Part shown: one piece after another, positions 30,966 through 42,070 of the stretch
Layout of the letters: each line of letters opens with the position of its first letter
Numbering within the stretch: the stretch's first letter is position 1
Assembly: GCA_040285825.1 (NCBI GenBank)
Contig: JAUPSS010000001.1
Coordinates: 496,001 to 560,000, forward strand
Direction of reading: 5' to 3'
DNA length: 64,000 bases
Source of the DNA: Eukaryota sp. TZLM1-RC
Lineage: Eukaryota > Protista > Metamonada: BaSk clade
The notes under the pieces: model-generated
What the model was told of the DNA's origin: nothing
Database searches by the model: none
Seen by the model: only the letters and a program-made list of their open reading frames with translations
Made by a program: the position numbers and the translations under genes

Positions 30966-31634
30966 TTGATTGCGTTACAGGTACATAGACAACAAGCATC
31001 TTGCAGATCGATGCCTCGTCATAAGTTCCATCTCAACGAACCTGATCTTCTATATCTTCACCGGAAAGGTGTTTCTTTAGACGAAGCTGCCAGATTACTT
31101 GGCTGTACACGACAATGTGTGACATCGAGATGCAAGACATTGGGCCTTTTTTTATGGAATTCTGGTGATGAACCACATTCGCCTTCTGGAATGTTTTCAC
31201 AACAAGTGAAGTATCCGATACAGGAACGAAGAGCTATTTCATTACCACGGGACGGCTATCTAACGGAAAGTTATCCTCAACACATATCAGAAACAATTGA
31301 AGAGAATCCGATTCGTCCTCCTCCATCGCCAGTTTCAGCTGAACAGCTACACCAAAGGTCCCAATCTGTTCTTCCTTCACGAGAAGAAAGATCCGTCAAT
31401 TTCAAGAAACCTCCAAAGAATTGGACAACCTCTGTTGATATGGCTAAACTGGAAACATCCACTTGTCCTAATCCACAACTACCCTCTAGATTGTCACGAA
31501 GTGACCCACTTATTGCCGAAGAAAAACTTTTCCATCTATGTAGACTCCCTGAAAGGACAAGAGAACAGGAAGCTGATCACCGCCGCCGAATAAATCTTAT
31601 ACTTCAGAACTGTGAAGCAAGTGACTTAGATTAA
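30966..31634 (+). CDS. HTH protein, RWP-RK-like putative transcription factor (likely start MPRHK at 31011)
   Basis: SLDEAARLLGCTRQCVTSRCKTLGLFLW resembles the RWP-RK pattern LxEAAxxLGVxxTxLKRxCRxxGIxRW. Confidence 0.5.
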   Translation: MIALQVHRQQASCRSMPRHKFHLNEPDLLYLHRKGVSLDEAARLLGCTRQCVTSRCKTLGLFLWNSGDEPHSPSGMFSQQVKYPIQERRAISLPRDGYLTESYPQHISETIEENPIRPPPSPVSAEQLHQRSQSVLPSREERSVNFKKPPKNWTTSVDMAKLETSTCPNPQLPSRLSRSDPLIAEEKLFHLCRLPERTREQEADHRRRINLILQNCEASDLD

Positions 31635-32099
31635 TTCTACCTGTATTATCAGTATTTTTTGAGCAGTGTACATAATTGCAAACTATTGAACGTTTATTGA
31701 ATGTTGTTTCATTATAAAACTCTTACATATTAGCTTATTAAGTTTATTTTTGTGTAAATCTACTATAGGTGTCACCTTTTAGTGTGAATTTCTATCAAAA
31801 CGCACTTCTGGCTTTTTGGACATAAAAAAGTAAACACTATTTCTTCCCGATTTCAACATTATTTAACATTGAACTAATGAGCTATTAACTAAAGATGAAC
31901 AAAATATTATTAAATAAATGCTAATGTTTGTCGTTGTCTACTAATATTTTTGCACTGTTTGAGATTCGCACAAACGCTACTTTTGCTCCTTTGAGATCGA
32001 AAAATGAAGTACTATGGCTCCTTCCCAATAATGTAGAGTACAGTACAGTAAACGGTGTAACTAGTCCGGTGCAATAATTAAAGGAACAGCTTTATGTTT

Positions 32100-32532
32100 G
32101 CAAAAATTCTGCTGCTCGTTTAGTGTATTCCGCTGATTCGCCGTTATCTAACGCCGAAAAAAGAAGATAAAAAAATATGAAGAACCTTTGGCACAGTTAG
32201 GTAGAGTGGAACATGTGAAATATCAGTTTGTGCCGTTTACAATTTCTCTTTTTGGCAATATTGGACCTTCAGGGTTGCACTTTTTGGAAAATTTTAAAAA
32301 AGTGTTACTGAATAGGTCTGGTAAAACAATGAACTCCACTTTCTGGTTAAATAGAATTGTTTTTTGCATTTTCAAGTCTATTCCTACAATGATTTCAAAG
32401 GCAGTTTTAGCTATTGGTGTAGAATATGAACGTAATGCTGTGAGTAGGTTCAGTAATAGTGACGCTTGTTTGGAGGATATTGAATTCTAGATGGTTATTT
32501 TGATCTCAATAAATATGAGTTCTGAAAAAAAA
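32100..32532 (+). mobile_element. 3' fragment of an RLE-type non-LTR retrotransposon (subfamily A)
   Basis: KKYEEPL..YQFVPFTISLFGNIG...FWLNRIVF, then AATAAA and an A-tail. Near-identical to 53173..53550. Confidence 0.75.
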
Positions 32533-33655
32533 GCTTTATTAATTAACAAAAACTAAATTTAAATTATTGCTACGCCATCACACGTGATTTGATGTCCTCA
32601 TCTAACACCACCCCTTCTCTACTTCACTTCTTTAGTGATGGCAAATTCCTTGTAAAAGGATTGAGTACAATAAATACGGCTCTTCATTTGGGGAATCACT
32701 GCCATAAACATTCAGCACGTCTTCAAGGCATGAGTCAAAACAGTTGTTGACTATTTTTCACTAACAACACAAATAACAGTGTTCACCTGTTCTAGTACTA
32801 TTATACTGTGAACATAGGTAAATTTTTCAGCATCGTAAGTTTGGACATAACCATTGCGAAGAGGGCATTTGATAGCAATATGACCTGGATTATGATATTT
32901 ATAGCAAATTTTAGCAGAATAAATCTGTATCTCTGGCAGTTGAGCGAGCATCTGTAATACAGATAGATTCTGACTAAATTTAGATCTATCATGATCAACA
33001 GTTTCGTCGATAGCAACGTGCACGATGGTTTTGAAATCAGGCAACAATTGGACATGGATACGGGAAACAAGAGATTTAGCAAGTCATTTAGAAAAAATAT
33101 CAACAGCAAATGGTTTTATAAACACAGCTTTAGAAATGGCAGGACAATCATGTTGGTTCTTCAGCTTCAGAAAGCTTTACATGTAACTGTTCTTTTTTTG
33201 GCACTAGAAATTTTCATGTTCATTTTCAACTGAGAGAATGTCTCATTGAAAGCTTAATAGGAGCAAAAATTGTTGAAAGATTTCAGATAACTGAGCAACA
33301 CACTATCAGAGGTCTTTACCTTTGGTTCATACAACTTCAAGGATTTCAAATTAAACGGAGAGATTTAATGAAACCACTTTAGCGCTATCAGTGACAGACT
33401 GATGTAACTGAAATTTGCTCAAAAACAAACATACATTTTCCCTAGACAGCGACGTTAGGTGAGGACCGTCGACAGAACGCATTTCATGGTTTCACCAATG
33501 GCGGGAACAAAAATAGTAACGGTCAGGGACCCGAAACAGGGTCAAGGAGATTAACGTTATTGTTGGATTCCACTGCAGTGATCAAAGGAAAATCTTTATT
33601 ATTTAACAAACACTAAATTAAAACTATTGCCACGTCATCACACGTGATTGTATGT
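32530..33655. repeat. ~65-bp direct repeat (32530..32595 and 33590..33655): shared 3' end of two decayed minus-strand genes ending NHV*
   Basis: CTTTATTAWTTAACAAAMACTAAATTWAAAYTATTGCYACGYCATCACACGTGATT is seen at both sites. Confidence 0.8.
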
Positions 33656-35585
33656 TATCCAAACTCCAACATTTGCCTCCCATACAAATTTTTCTGTCAA
33701 ATCAGGCAAGTTATGTTTACCAAGGTCACGAAGGTTAACTGAGGTCATTAGTCGTATTGAATTGTGCAAAGGCAATGTTGATTGGGTAATCAAATACCAT
33801 GAAGTGTTGGGGAAGGGTTCTGCGGTTGCTTTTGGTATATGTATGAACTTTTCCTTCACGAATGTGAATTGTGACAGCTCATTCATGTAAGCCACATGCA
33901 ATGGGTAAAAACGGAAAACGTCATCGCCAATTTGTACACAGTTGGCTTAAAAATTGTACACATTTTGTATAAATGTGAATCCTCAAACCATTACTCACAA
34001 TTTATTATTTATCATTTATTTATTTATTTAGGCTTAAATACTTCTTTGGCTTAGTGTAATTTTTCAAAAACTAATCAAGATTATTTCATTCAAGATGAAC
34101 ATGCTCACGAAAAATAAAAATAAAACGTAATTAATCTGGTCCAAACTAATTCATATTTTAGACCAACTTAGAATCTAGTCTAATTACACCGTTTACTGTG
34201 GATAGCAAAAACTGAAAAGGTCTCGTTCCAAGATTTGTTTGTTTGATTACTTCGTTGAGTGTGTTGATTTGTTACATAATGACACACTGTTTTTTTGCTT
34301 TTCTTAAACCAATAATGGGTTAGTGTCGTTTAGTACAGTGATTAGGGAATCAAATAGTGGATTTGCTAATGAATATACAGGGTCTATCGTCGACTACAAA
34401 CAGTAGTAGGCAAAGTAGCAAACTTCAGAAATCTGGAGGGGCGTCTTTGGTTGTTAAACTGAAATTGTTAAAGGGATAACACAGGTAGTTTGGCCCTTGA
34501 AGTACGTTAATGATGGAGACGGCTCCTTCATTCGTTACCTAACTTGTAATCGTCTTTTTGGTGTTTGGCTCCACAAAGAAGGAAGCTGCTTTGAAATTAT
34601 TGTTCTTCTAAAAGTTTGGTTTGAACTAACCTGGCGTTGAACATTGTTCTTTGTTTCTGACAGAAATAATGCCTGGCAATGCTTCGTCAGATTGTTGATT
34701 GAACTGATTTTTCTATCTGTCTCACATTCACCATCAACTCGTTCTTTCTTAAGAGGGACAGTGAATTTGCGATTGACTTCGACATCCGCAAAGAGAGTTT
34801 GGGTCTGTTTGAAGGGTCCATGATATAGAAGAATAGTGTAAAAGCCTATTTCTGTTATTTTCGTAATTTTCTGTATCGCTTTTGGAAATGGATTGTTTGT
34901 AACGTGTGGTGAATGGTGTAGTTTCAAAGTATTCTCCATTTTAGGTCAAAACTTCGTCAATTGGTCCAACTCATCACTTGATTGATTGTCTAATTGAAAA
35001 TTATGCTTTTAAAGAGATCTTTCACAGAATTATTCGCAAAAAGCGGGGTTCCAAAAGATTAAATGTAGTCGACATGGATTCAGAATTATCCAAAACTTAA
35101 TGAATTAAATCAAAAATATAAGAATGCATTAACTCAGTACTTTTATTCAATGATTCAACTGAAGTTGAAGTAGTATTCAGTTTTGAAGAGCTCAATTAAA
35201 AGGAAAATCATCTTGATAGGTTGTGACAAGATTCATTTTACAAACAACCATTGTGTTCGTATTTAGTGGAATTTTCAACAAATTCTTCTTAAACCACCAA
35301 TATATTTAAGCAATTATATTGGCAAAAGACAGAGTCTAGTTGTAAACTTCTTTCTTTAACAGATTTTACTGCCCTTGAAAAGAAAAATTGTTTTTAGTAA
35401 AACATTGTATTAAATATACAATTAAAAAGAATTAATTCAGAAGTATGACTATAGAGGAGAGCTGAATAGATTGAGTATTTAAATTTCATGAACAGCCAAA
35501 TATGTCACACGGCACTATATTCATTTTTACATTATTTGTTTTGTTTTGCTGTCAAACACTCATGATTAAAAAGAAAAACAACATT

Positions 35586-36641
35586 TTACATTGGATTTAT
35601 TTTGGAAGCAATCCTATCTTTCTGAATCTGTAACCAAGTTTTTGGTTCTTCACCTTCGCAAGCCTTAACAAAAACTTCCATTCCCATTGAATAAAAAGCT
35701 TTTGTGATCAAATCTAGCTCAAAAAGACACGTTTTTCTTGCATTTTCAAGCCTTTTCTGAGCTTGTGCCGACTCTTTTCTACATTTACTACTCCTCTCTT
35801 CAATCAATTTACCTACAACTAGTTTCAATTGATGCTTTGAAAGACTGGCAATCACTCTTGGTAAATCGTCATCATCAAGTTCATTCAAATTGACAGCTGT
35901 CTCTTCCTCTTCCTCTTCCTCTTCCGTTTTTCCTTCTTCAAGTTGAGCTGTCTTGAATTTCAGGTCATTTACCAAGACTGTTTGGTCGTGTAATTGTTGC
36001 TCCAGATGTTGAATTTCTTGTTGAAGAAAGGTAACATCAGTTTGGGAGGCCGACATTTGAATTAATCTAGAAGAGTAGTCCTGTACAGTCGCCTCGAGAT
36101 TGGTAATTTTTAAATCTTTTTCATTATTTTCTGATTTAAGTTTCTCTATTTGATTTTCCAAATCAATGACTAAAGTTTGGAAGTTTTCTTCTACTGATTC
36201 TTCCTTGACTTCCTCTTCAACTTTTTCTTCTTCTTTATGAAGAAGAGGTGAGGCTTGTTCTAACAAATAAGTTCTTGATTCAGACGGTAAACTCTCCAGT
36301 TTAGGGTCTAGTTCATCTTTGGGTGTGGTGGCAAGTAGTGCAATGCAACTAGCTTCTATCAGTCTCTCAATGTTGGAAGGATCTCTAGCCAGAATCTTTC
36401 CAAGCTTGAGATCGGGAACAGGTAGGTCGCGATTAGAGAATAAAGACGAAAGTTGTTTAATGAATGTTTTAACGAATGTTCTTTTCTTGATCACATCTCC
36501 TTGATGGGGAGAGAGTGGAGGAAAAGTAAATGGATCTACACTAGACAAGATGTTTGAGAGGATTTGGCAATCACCAAGATCATCAATAGAGCAGATATCA
36601 CTGTTATACTGCTGTAACAGAGTGATGCAATGAGTGGACAT
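35586..36641 (-). CDS. Hook-family microtubule/dynein adaptor
   Basis: N-terminal CH-like Hook domain (DDLGDCQILSNILSSVDP), coiled coil, and C-terminal ELDLITKAFYSMG...TWLQIQK. Confidence 0.65.
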   Translation of the reverse strand: MSTHCITLLQQYNSDICSIDDLGDCQILSNILSSVDPFTFPPLSPHQGDVIKKRTFVKTFIKQLSSLFSNRDLPVPDLKLGKILARDPSNIERLIEASCIALLATTPKDELDPKLESLPSESRTYLLEQASPLLHKEEEKVEEEVKEESVEENFQTLVIDLENQIEKLKSENNEKDLKITNLEATVQDYSSRLIQMSASQTDVTFLQQEIQHLEQQLHDQTVLVNDLKFKTAQLEEGKTEEEEEEEETAVNLNELDDDDLPRVIASLSKHQLKLVVGKLIEERSSKCRKESAQAQKRLENARKTCLFELDLITKAFYSMGMEVFVKACEGEEPKTWLQIQKDRIASKINPM

Positions 36642-36729
36642 TGATGGTTTATTTAAAAGGATTGTTGTTTGAATTGAAGAGCTGATTGAGTTTTTAAAAA
36701 AAGAACTTTTGCAAATCTTTTACAAGATA

Positions 36730-37555
36730 TGTGAGATAGTGCTTCTTCTGCCTTAGTAACAACAATTCCTCAAGTGTATGGCACTCTCCTAACTGATTCT
36801 GCTTGGACTTCGAATATGAGATTTCATTCCTTTATCTGGCCTGATAATTTACCTCATAATTTAATTTGTAAATATTCTCCAGAAATTACAATTACTTATT
36901 TGTTAAATTGTAAACATTTTATTACTTTTAGAAGCAAGGTTCATGATGCATTAAGAGACCGGTTATATTGTATGTGTAAGTCTCATAGAATTGAATCGTT
37001 TCTGGAACCTCTGTTGTCAAATCTGTATGATACTGAAGATGATTTTCATAACAATAATAGAGGTGATGTAATAATACCTGGATTAGATGGAAGCTTCACT
37101 CTATTGGATGTAATGTCTGTTGATCGTTGTAATGTCTCAAATGAAAGGCTTGCGAATTCTGAAATTCATTATCCTCGTTCAAATGCTGAAAACTTCAAAA
37201 TCAAGAAATACAATGAACCTTTGTCCCAATTGTCCAGCCAACAGCATGCAAAATTCAATTTGTATCCATTTCTATTTTCTCTATTTGGTTCACTTGCTTC
37301 CACGGCTATACGTTTTTCGGCAGATTTTGAAATAATTGTAAAGAGAAAAACTAACAGAAATTTCAACAGATTGTTTTGCCAAAATAGAATTGTGTTTTCT
37401 ATTTTTAAGGGGATGTTGAAGATGGTTTCTGATGGTTTGCTTTCTCTTGGATCCCACTATGAGAGATTTGCATTTAGTTGTTTTGTTTTGGGATAGATGA
37501 ATTTTTTAGATGTTGATTTATAAGTTTTCTAATAAATAAATATTATTAAAAAAAT
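36730..37555 (+). mobile_element. 3' fragment of an RLE-type non-LTR retrotransposon (subfamily B; zinc knuckle + restriction-like endonuclease)
   Basis: LLNCKHF...RSKVHDA, RGDVII...LLDV, KIKKY, YPFLFSLFG, RIVF. AATAAA and A-tail at ~37530-37554. Confidence 0.8.
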
Positions 37556-38049
37556 TGAGTTGAAAAATATCATTTGCCTTCTTCACCGTCTTCACTAAAA
37601 CCGTCTTCGCAGTCTTCACTAAAATATATATTGTTTTCATAACACTGTCAAATTGTGATCAATGAATGCGATCAATGTTAGAATGGCTGGAACATGTATT
37701 GGAATAGCAATCAAGTACATTTTCTCTTACAATGTTTAATGATTTGCTTTCTCTATTGCAGCTCTTGTCATTATTCCATCTTAATTCTTTACTCTAAGCA
37801 CTGTAAGAAATTTCAATCATGTTTATTGTGAAAATTCTATTGTTTTTGGAGGACGAGGAAAAACTTACGGAAGAACACGTGTTTCTCAGTAATTACACTG
37901 ATGATGAAACCTCTAAAGCAAACAGTGATTGAAAAGATATCGTCAATGTCTGGAGAAAACTGTCATTGAAAAATTTTGGTTCTGATGACAGAGGTGATAT
38001 TTACTGCGATTGGATTGAAAACTCCTAAGTTATTGTTGATTTTGTCTCT

Positions 38050-38475
38050 TGTTGTGTTACAAATGGCATTTTGGATCAAAGAAGGAAACTTTATCCTGTA
38101 AAAGCTCTTGAATATAAAGCGCATGAAGACAATAGAAAATTAGACAGAAATAGCGAAGAACCTAACACTGATAGAAATAGACCACTAGTTTTATTGCTTT
38201 TTAAACGGAAGACTTTCAGTAGAAGCAGTAAATTTTTGAATGATTTTTCAAAAATTGGTTCAAGAAAAAACAATGAAGAGATTTGATGTCCTTTTGTGGC
38301 GCTCTCGATTCAATTTGCCATTATCAATAGCTTACCTCGGTTTTTAATCAAATGAGAGAAGCTTTAGCGAGACAGCAAGCAGATTAAGATTTTGTAGAGG
38401 AAATCTTGGTTCATTAAATTTGGTCCCAATAATTATGAGTTTATTGTGTTAAGAATGCTGGTTTAATGAAAAAAG
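38050..38475 (+). mobile_element. 3' fragment of a non-LTR retrotransposon (subfamily C)
   Basis: Similar to 58730..59040 (TTTTRTGGCGCTCTCG, GAGAAGCTTTAGCGAGACAGCAAGCAGAT). RLE-like C-terminal motif; ends in an A-run. Confidence 0.6.
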
Positions 38476-38484
38476 TTCTTTGTT

Positions 38485-38700
38485 GAACTATATTTTTATT
38501 GAACTAAAATACTTTCTAATATTCAATATCCTCCAAACAAGCATTATTATTACTGAACCTACTCATAGCATTTCGTTCATATTCTTCACCAATAGCTAAA
38601 AGAGCTTTAGAAATCTTTGTTGGAATAGACTTGAAAATGCAAAAAACAATTCTATTTAACCAGAAAGAGGAATTCAATTTTTTACTAGATCTATTTGGCA
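38485..38700 (-). mobile_element. Short 3' fragment of RLE non-LTR subfamily A
   Basis: FWLNRIVFCIFKSIPT...ACLEDIEY, matching 32188..32490. Confidence 0.75.
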
Positions 38701-38788
38701 ATAGTTTCTTTATATTTCCAAAACAGTGTTATATACAGGTTAAATGAAAAAAAAGAGGTATCATTCAGACTTTCGCATTTTGTCAACA

Positions 38789-41700
38789 ATGCTCTCCTTC
38801 TCTCGGAAGCCGAAATACGAGGCTCGCGAGATCCGTACATCCAATGCAATACCTTCAGTGACACCTACATCCGCAACCCTTGTACAAAATGTAATTAGAA
38901 ATCAGAAGGTTTGTTACCCTTCTCTGTATTTCATCTCAGTACTCTATCCCCACGTTCGTTCCTCTTGTACTCTTTCATCAATTCAAATACTTCTTCAACT
39001 TATTTTTTCTTATCAGTATGTCTACCTCCTTTTCTCATCCCAGTTGCCTTAACTCAGTTCATCCCAGTCCTTCAAATCGGCTTCCTCTTCACTTACGTCT
39101 CTCCTCTAGCACTTGTCCTCACAGTCACTCTCTTTAAAGAAGGCTACGATGATTATAAACGTTACCAACGAGATAAGCAAGAAAATGGGCAACGGTACAT
39201 CCGCTATACCGCTGCAGGAACAGAAGAAGTCCCCTCTTCCGCTCTTCATGTTGGTGACGTCATCAAACTAACCCCCAACAGAAGAATCCCCGCTGACTGC
39301 ATCCTTCTCAAAACCTCAGAAAAAACTGGCGCTTCCTTCATTAGAACCGACCAGCTTGATGGTGAAACTGACTGGAAACTACGTCACGCAATACCTTCCA
39401 CTCAATCACTTTCCCTTGACCACGAGGTTGTTAACCTTGAATCCAAACTCTATGCTGAAGCTCCAAGAAAAGAGATTTACGAGTTTATAGGCACTTTCCA
39501 AGCCTCCCCAACAGCTCCCATTGAGTCTCTCTCTCTGGAAAATACACTTTGGGGTAACACAGTGCTAGCCACGGGAACTTGTGTATGTATGGTGATTTAC
39601 ACTGGGAAAGAGACCAGGGTCGCGATGAACTCTACCAAACCAAAAGCTAAATCTGGTCTATTAGATTGGGAGATCAACAAGCTTTCCAAGATGTTGTTTT
39701 CCCTGTTGGTTTTATTGTCCTTTATCTCTGTTTTTCTCAAGACTTACTATCAAGGCTGGGCAGATTCCACTCCAATTTACTTCTTCCGCTTTCTCTTGCT
39801 CTTGTCAGCCATTATTCCCATCTCAATGAGGGTTAATTTGGATATGGGAAAGACTGTCTATTCCTTACTAATGATGACTGACAAGAAAATACCTGGTAGT
39901 GTGGTTAGGTCGTCGGGAATTCCAGAAGAATTGGGTAGAATTGAATATTTCTTTACTGATAAAACGGGAACCCTAACCCAAAATGAAATGGTTTTTAAGA
40001 AGCTTCATTTAGGTTCAATATGCTTCAATAGAGATTCCCTTGAAGATGTATCTCTTGCTTTGAAAGATTACTTTAACAAAACTTCCGCTAACGACCAAAC
40101 TTCCCAACCTTCTGTCTTATCAATGAGAGCTGCCAAGAGTCACCATATGAGCCATCGTGTTGCTGAAGTGGTCTTCTCTATCGCTCTTTGCCATAATGTT
40201 ACTCCTGTTTATCCTGATGGAGAAGCCAAAACAGCCAAGAACAAGACGCTTCAAGCTGCCAGTCCAGACGAAGTAGCCTTGGTGAAATTCTCTGACTTTG
40301 TAGGTTTGTCTTTGGTGGATCGGGATTTAACTACAATTACTCTACAAAATAGATTTGGTAAGTCATTTGGGTTTGAAGTCTTGTACGTTTTCCCTTTCAC
40401 CTCCGAACGTAAAAGAATGGGTATCATCGTACGCAACACCGCCACTGGCAAGGTTACATACTACCAGAAAGGAGCTGACGTGGTGATGGCCAAGATTGTG
40501 AATCAGAACGAATGGCTTGATGAGGAAGTGGGTAATATGGCAAGAGAAGGGCTTCGCACTTTGGTTTTTGCAAAAAAAGACCTCAGTGAAGCTCAATTGA
40601 CGTACTTTGCCAATAAATATTCTGAAGCCAAAGCTAGCATTAAGGACCGTCAAGCCAAAGTGAATGAATCTCTAGTTGAACTAGAGCAAGGAATGGAACT
40701 GCTCGCCATTAGTGGTGTTGAGGATAAACTCCAAGACAACGTCAGAGCCACTCTAGAGCTTTTGCGAAATGCCAATGTTAAAGTTTGGATGCTAACGGGG
40801 GATAAAGTCGAGACAGCTACCTGCATTGCCGTCTCTGCTAGATTAGCTGCTAGATCTCATGTTTTGTTTACCTTTACGTCTCGCAATGTTTCGCAAGCAA
40901 GAAAGAGACTTGATCAATTCAGAGCTGTCTGTAGAAGAGCTTGCTTGATCATTGATGGTGCGTCTTTGGCTATATGTCTTGAATGTTTCCCAGAAGAATT
41001 CGTAGCGGTTGCCTCCCAGGCACCTGCGGTTTGCTGCTGTCGATGTTCTCCACAACAGAAGGCTGATGTAGTCAACCTTGTAAAGACCTTCAAAAAGAAG
41101 TGTTGTTTGTCGATTGGTGATGGAAATAATGACTGTCCAATGATCAGAGCTGCTGATTTTGGTATTGGTATAGAAGGAAAAGAAGGAAAACAAGCAGCTT
41201 TAGCAGCAGATGTGTCCATTAAACAATTCTCTTATGTTGCAGATTTAATGTTTTGGCATGGTCGTAATTCTTATAGAAGGTCAGCTAGATTGGCTCAGTT
41301 TGTCATTCATAGAGGGTTGATCATTTCTTTAATTCAAGGCATTTTCTCACTAGTGTTCTTCTACAGTCCCCTGCCTCTTTTCAACGGCTGGCTTTTAACT
41401 GTTTGTTTCTTTTTCTTTTTCTAATCGTAGGGGTATAGTACTTATTACACAATGTTTCCAGTGTTTTCTTTAATTCTTGATGAAGACGTAGATCGCGATG
41501 CGGTGATCACGTATCCTGAACTGTACCGAGAACTACAAAAGGGGAGATTGCTGAGTGGTAAAACCTTTGGCCAATGGGTATTTCAGTCATTATTTCAAGC
41601 CAGTGTCATAATCTTTGTTTCTCTGCAATCATTTGAAGGCTCTTTGTTCAATATTAGCTCAATTACATTTACTGCATTGATTTTGATTGAAATGTTGAAC

Positions 41701-41937
41701 CTTTCACTGGAAATGCATAAGTACCATTACCTTATGGTTGTTGCCCAAGTGTCTTCTATTTTTGTTTACGCTGTATCTATCATTCTTCTACACAATCACT
41801 TTGATTTGCTTTACATTAGCAGTTGGGGTTTTATTGTCAATCTTTTAGTTACAGTGGCCTGTGCTTATGGTCCTGTCTATTTGCTAAAGACTTTATGGTT
41901 GCATTTGCATCCTGATGTCGCCCAAAAGTTGAGATAG
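38789..41937 (+). CDS. P4-type ATPase phospholipid flippase (NEO1/ATP9 class); introns 38909..38939, 39016..39043, 41401..41430
   Basis: NVIRNQK|YSIPTF, DQLDGETDWK, IIPISMRVNLD, DKTGTLT, SPDEVAL, KGAD, MLTGDK, GDGNND. Splicing the three short GT-AG introns restores the frame. Confidence 0.95.
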
Positions 41938-42070
41938 AGTTTTGGAGCTAATTTTTGTGTTTTTAAACGTTTTTTACAGATAATAAATGTATTTACAATC
42001 AATATGTACAAGAAAATTGGTCAATTTTCGAAAAAAACATAATAAAATCAAAATCAATCAACCAATATTG

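Larger units (their letters stand above)
32046..34198. mobile_element. Segment bounded by Tc1/mariner-like TIRs, with nested fragments
   Basis: Left TA|CAGTAAACGGTGTAACTAG. The right end reverse-complements to CAGTAAACGGTGTAATTAG. Confidence 0.55.

Noticed and set aside
34535-34939. 134-aa ORF
   Set aside because: No recognisable motif and broken downstream; cannot support a product call.
37895-37920. CTGATGA-TGAAAC as a hammerhead ribozyme core
   Set aside because: No stem II and no convincing flanking helices.
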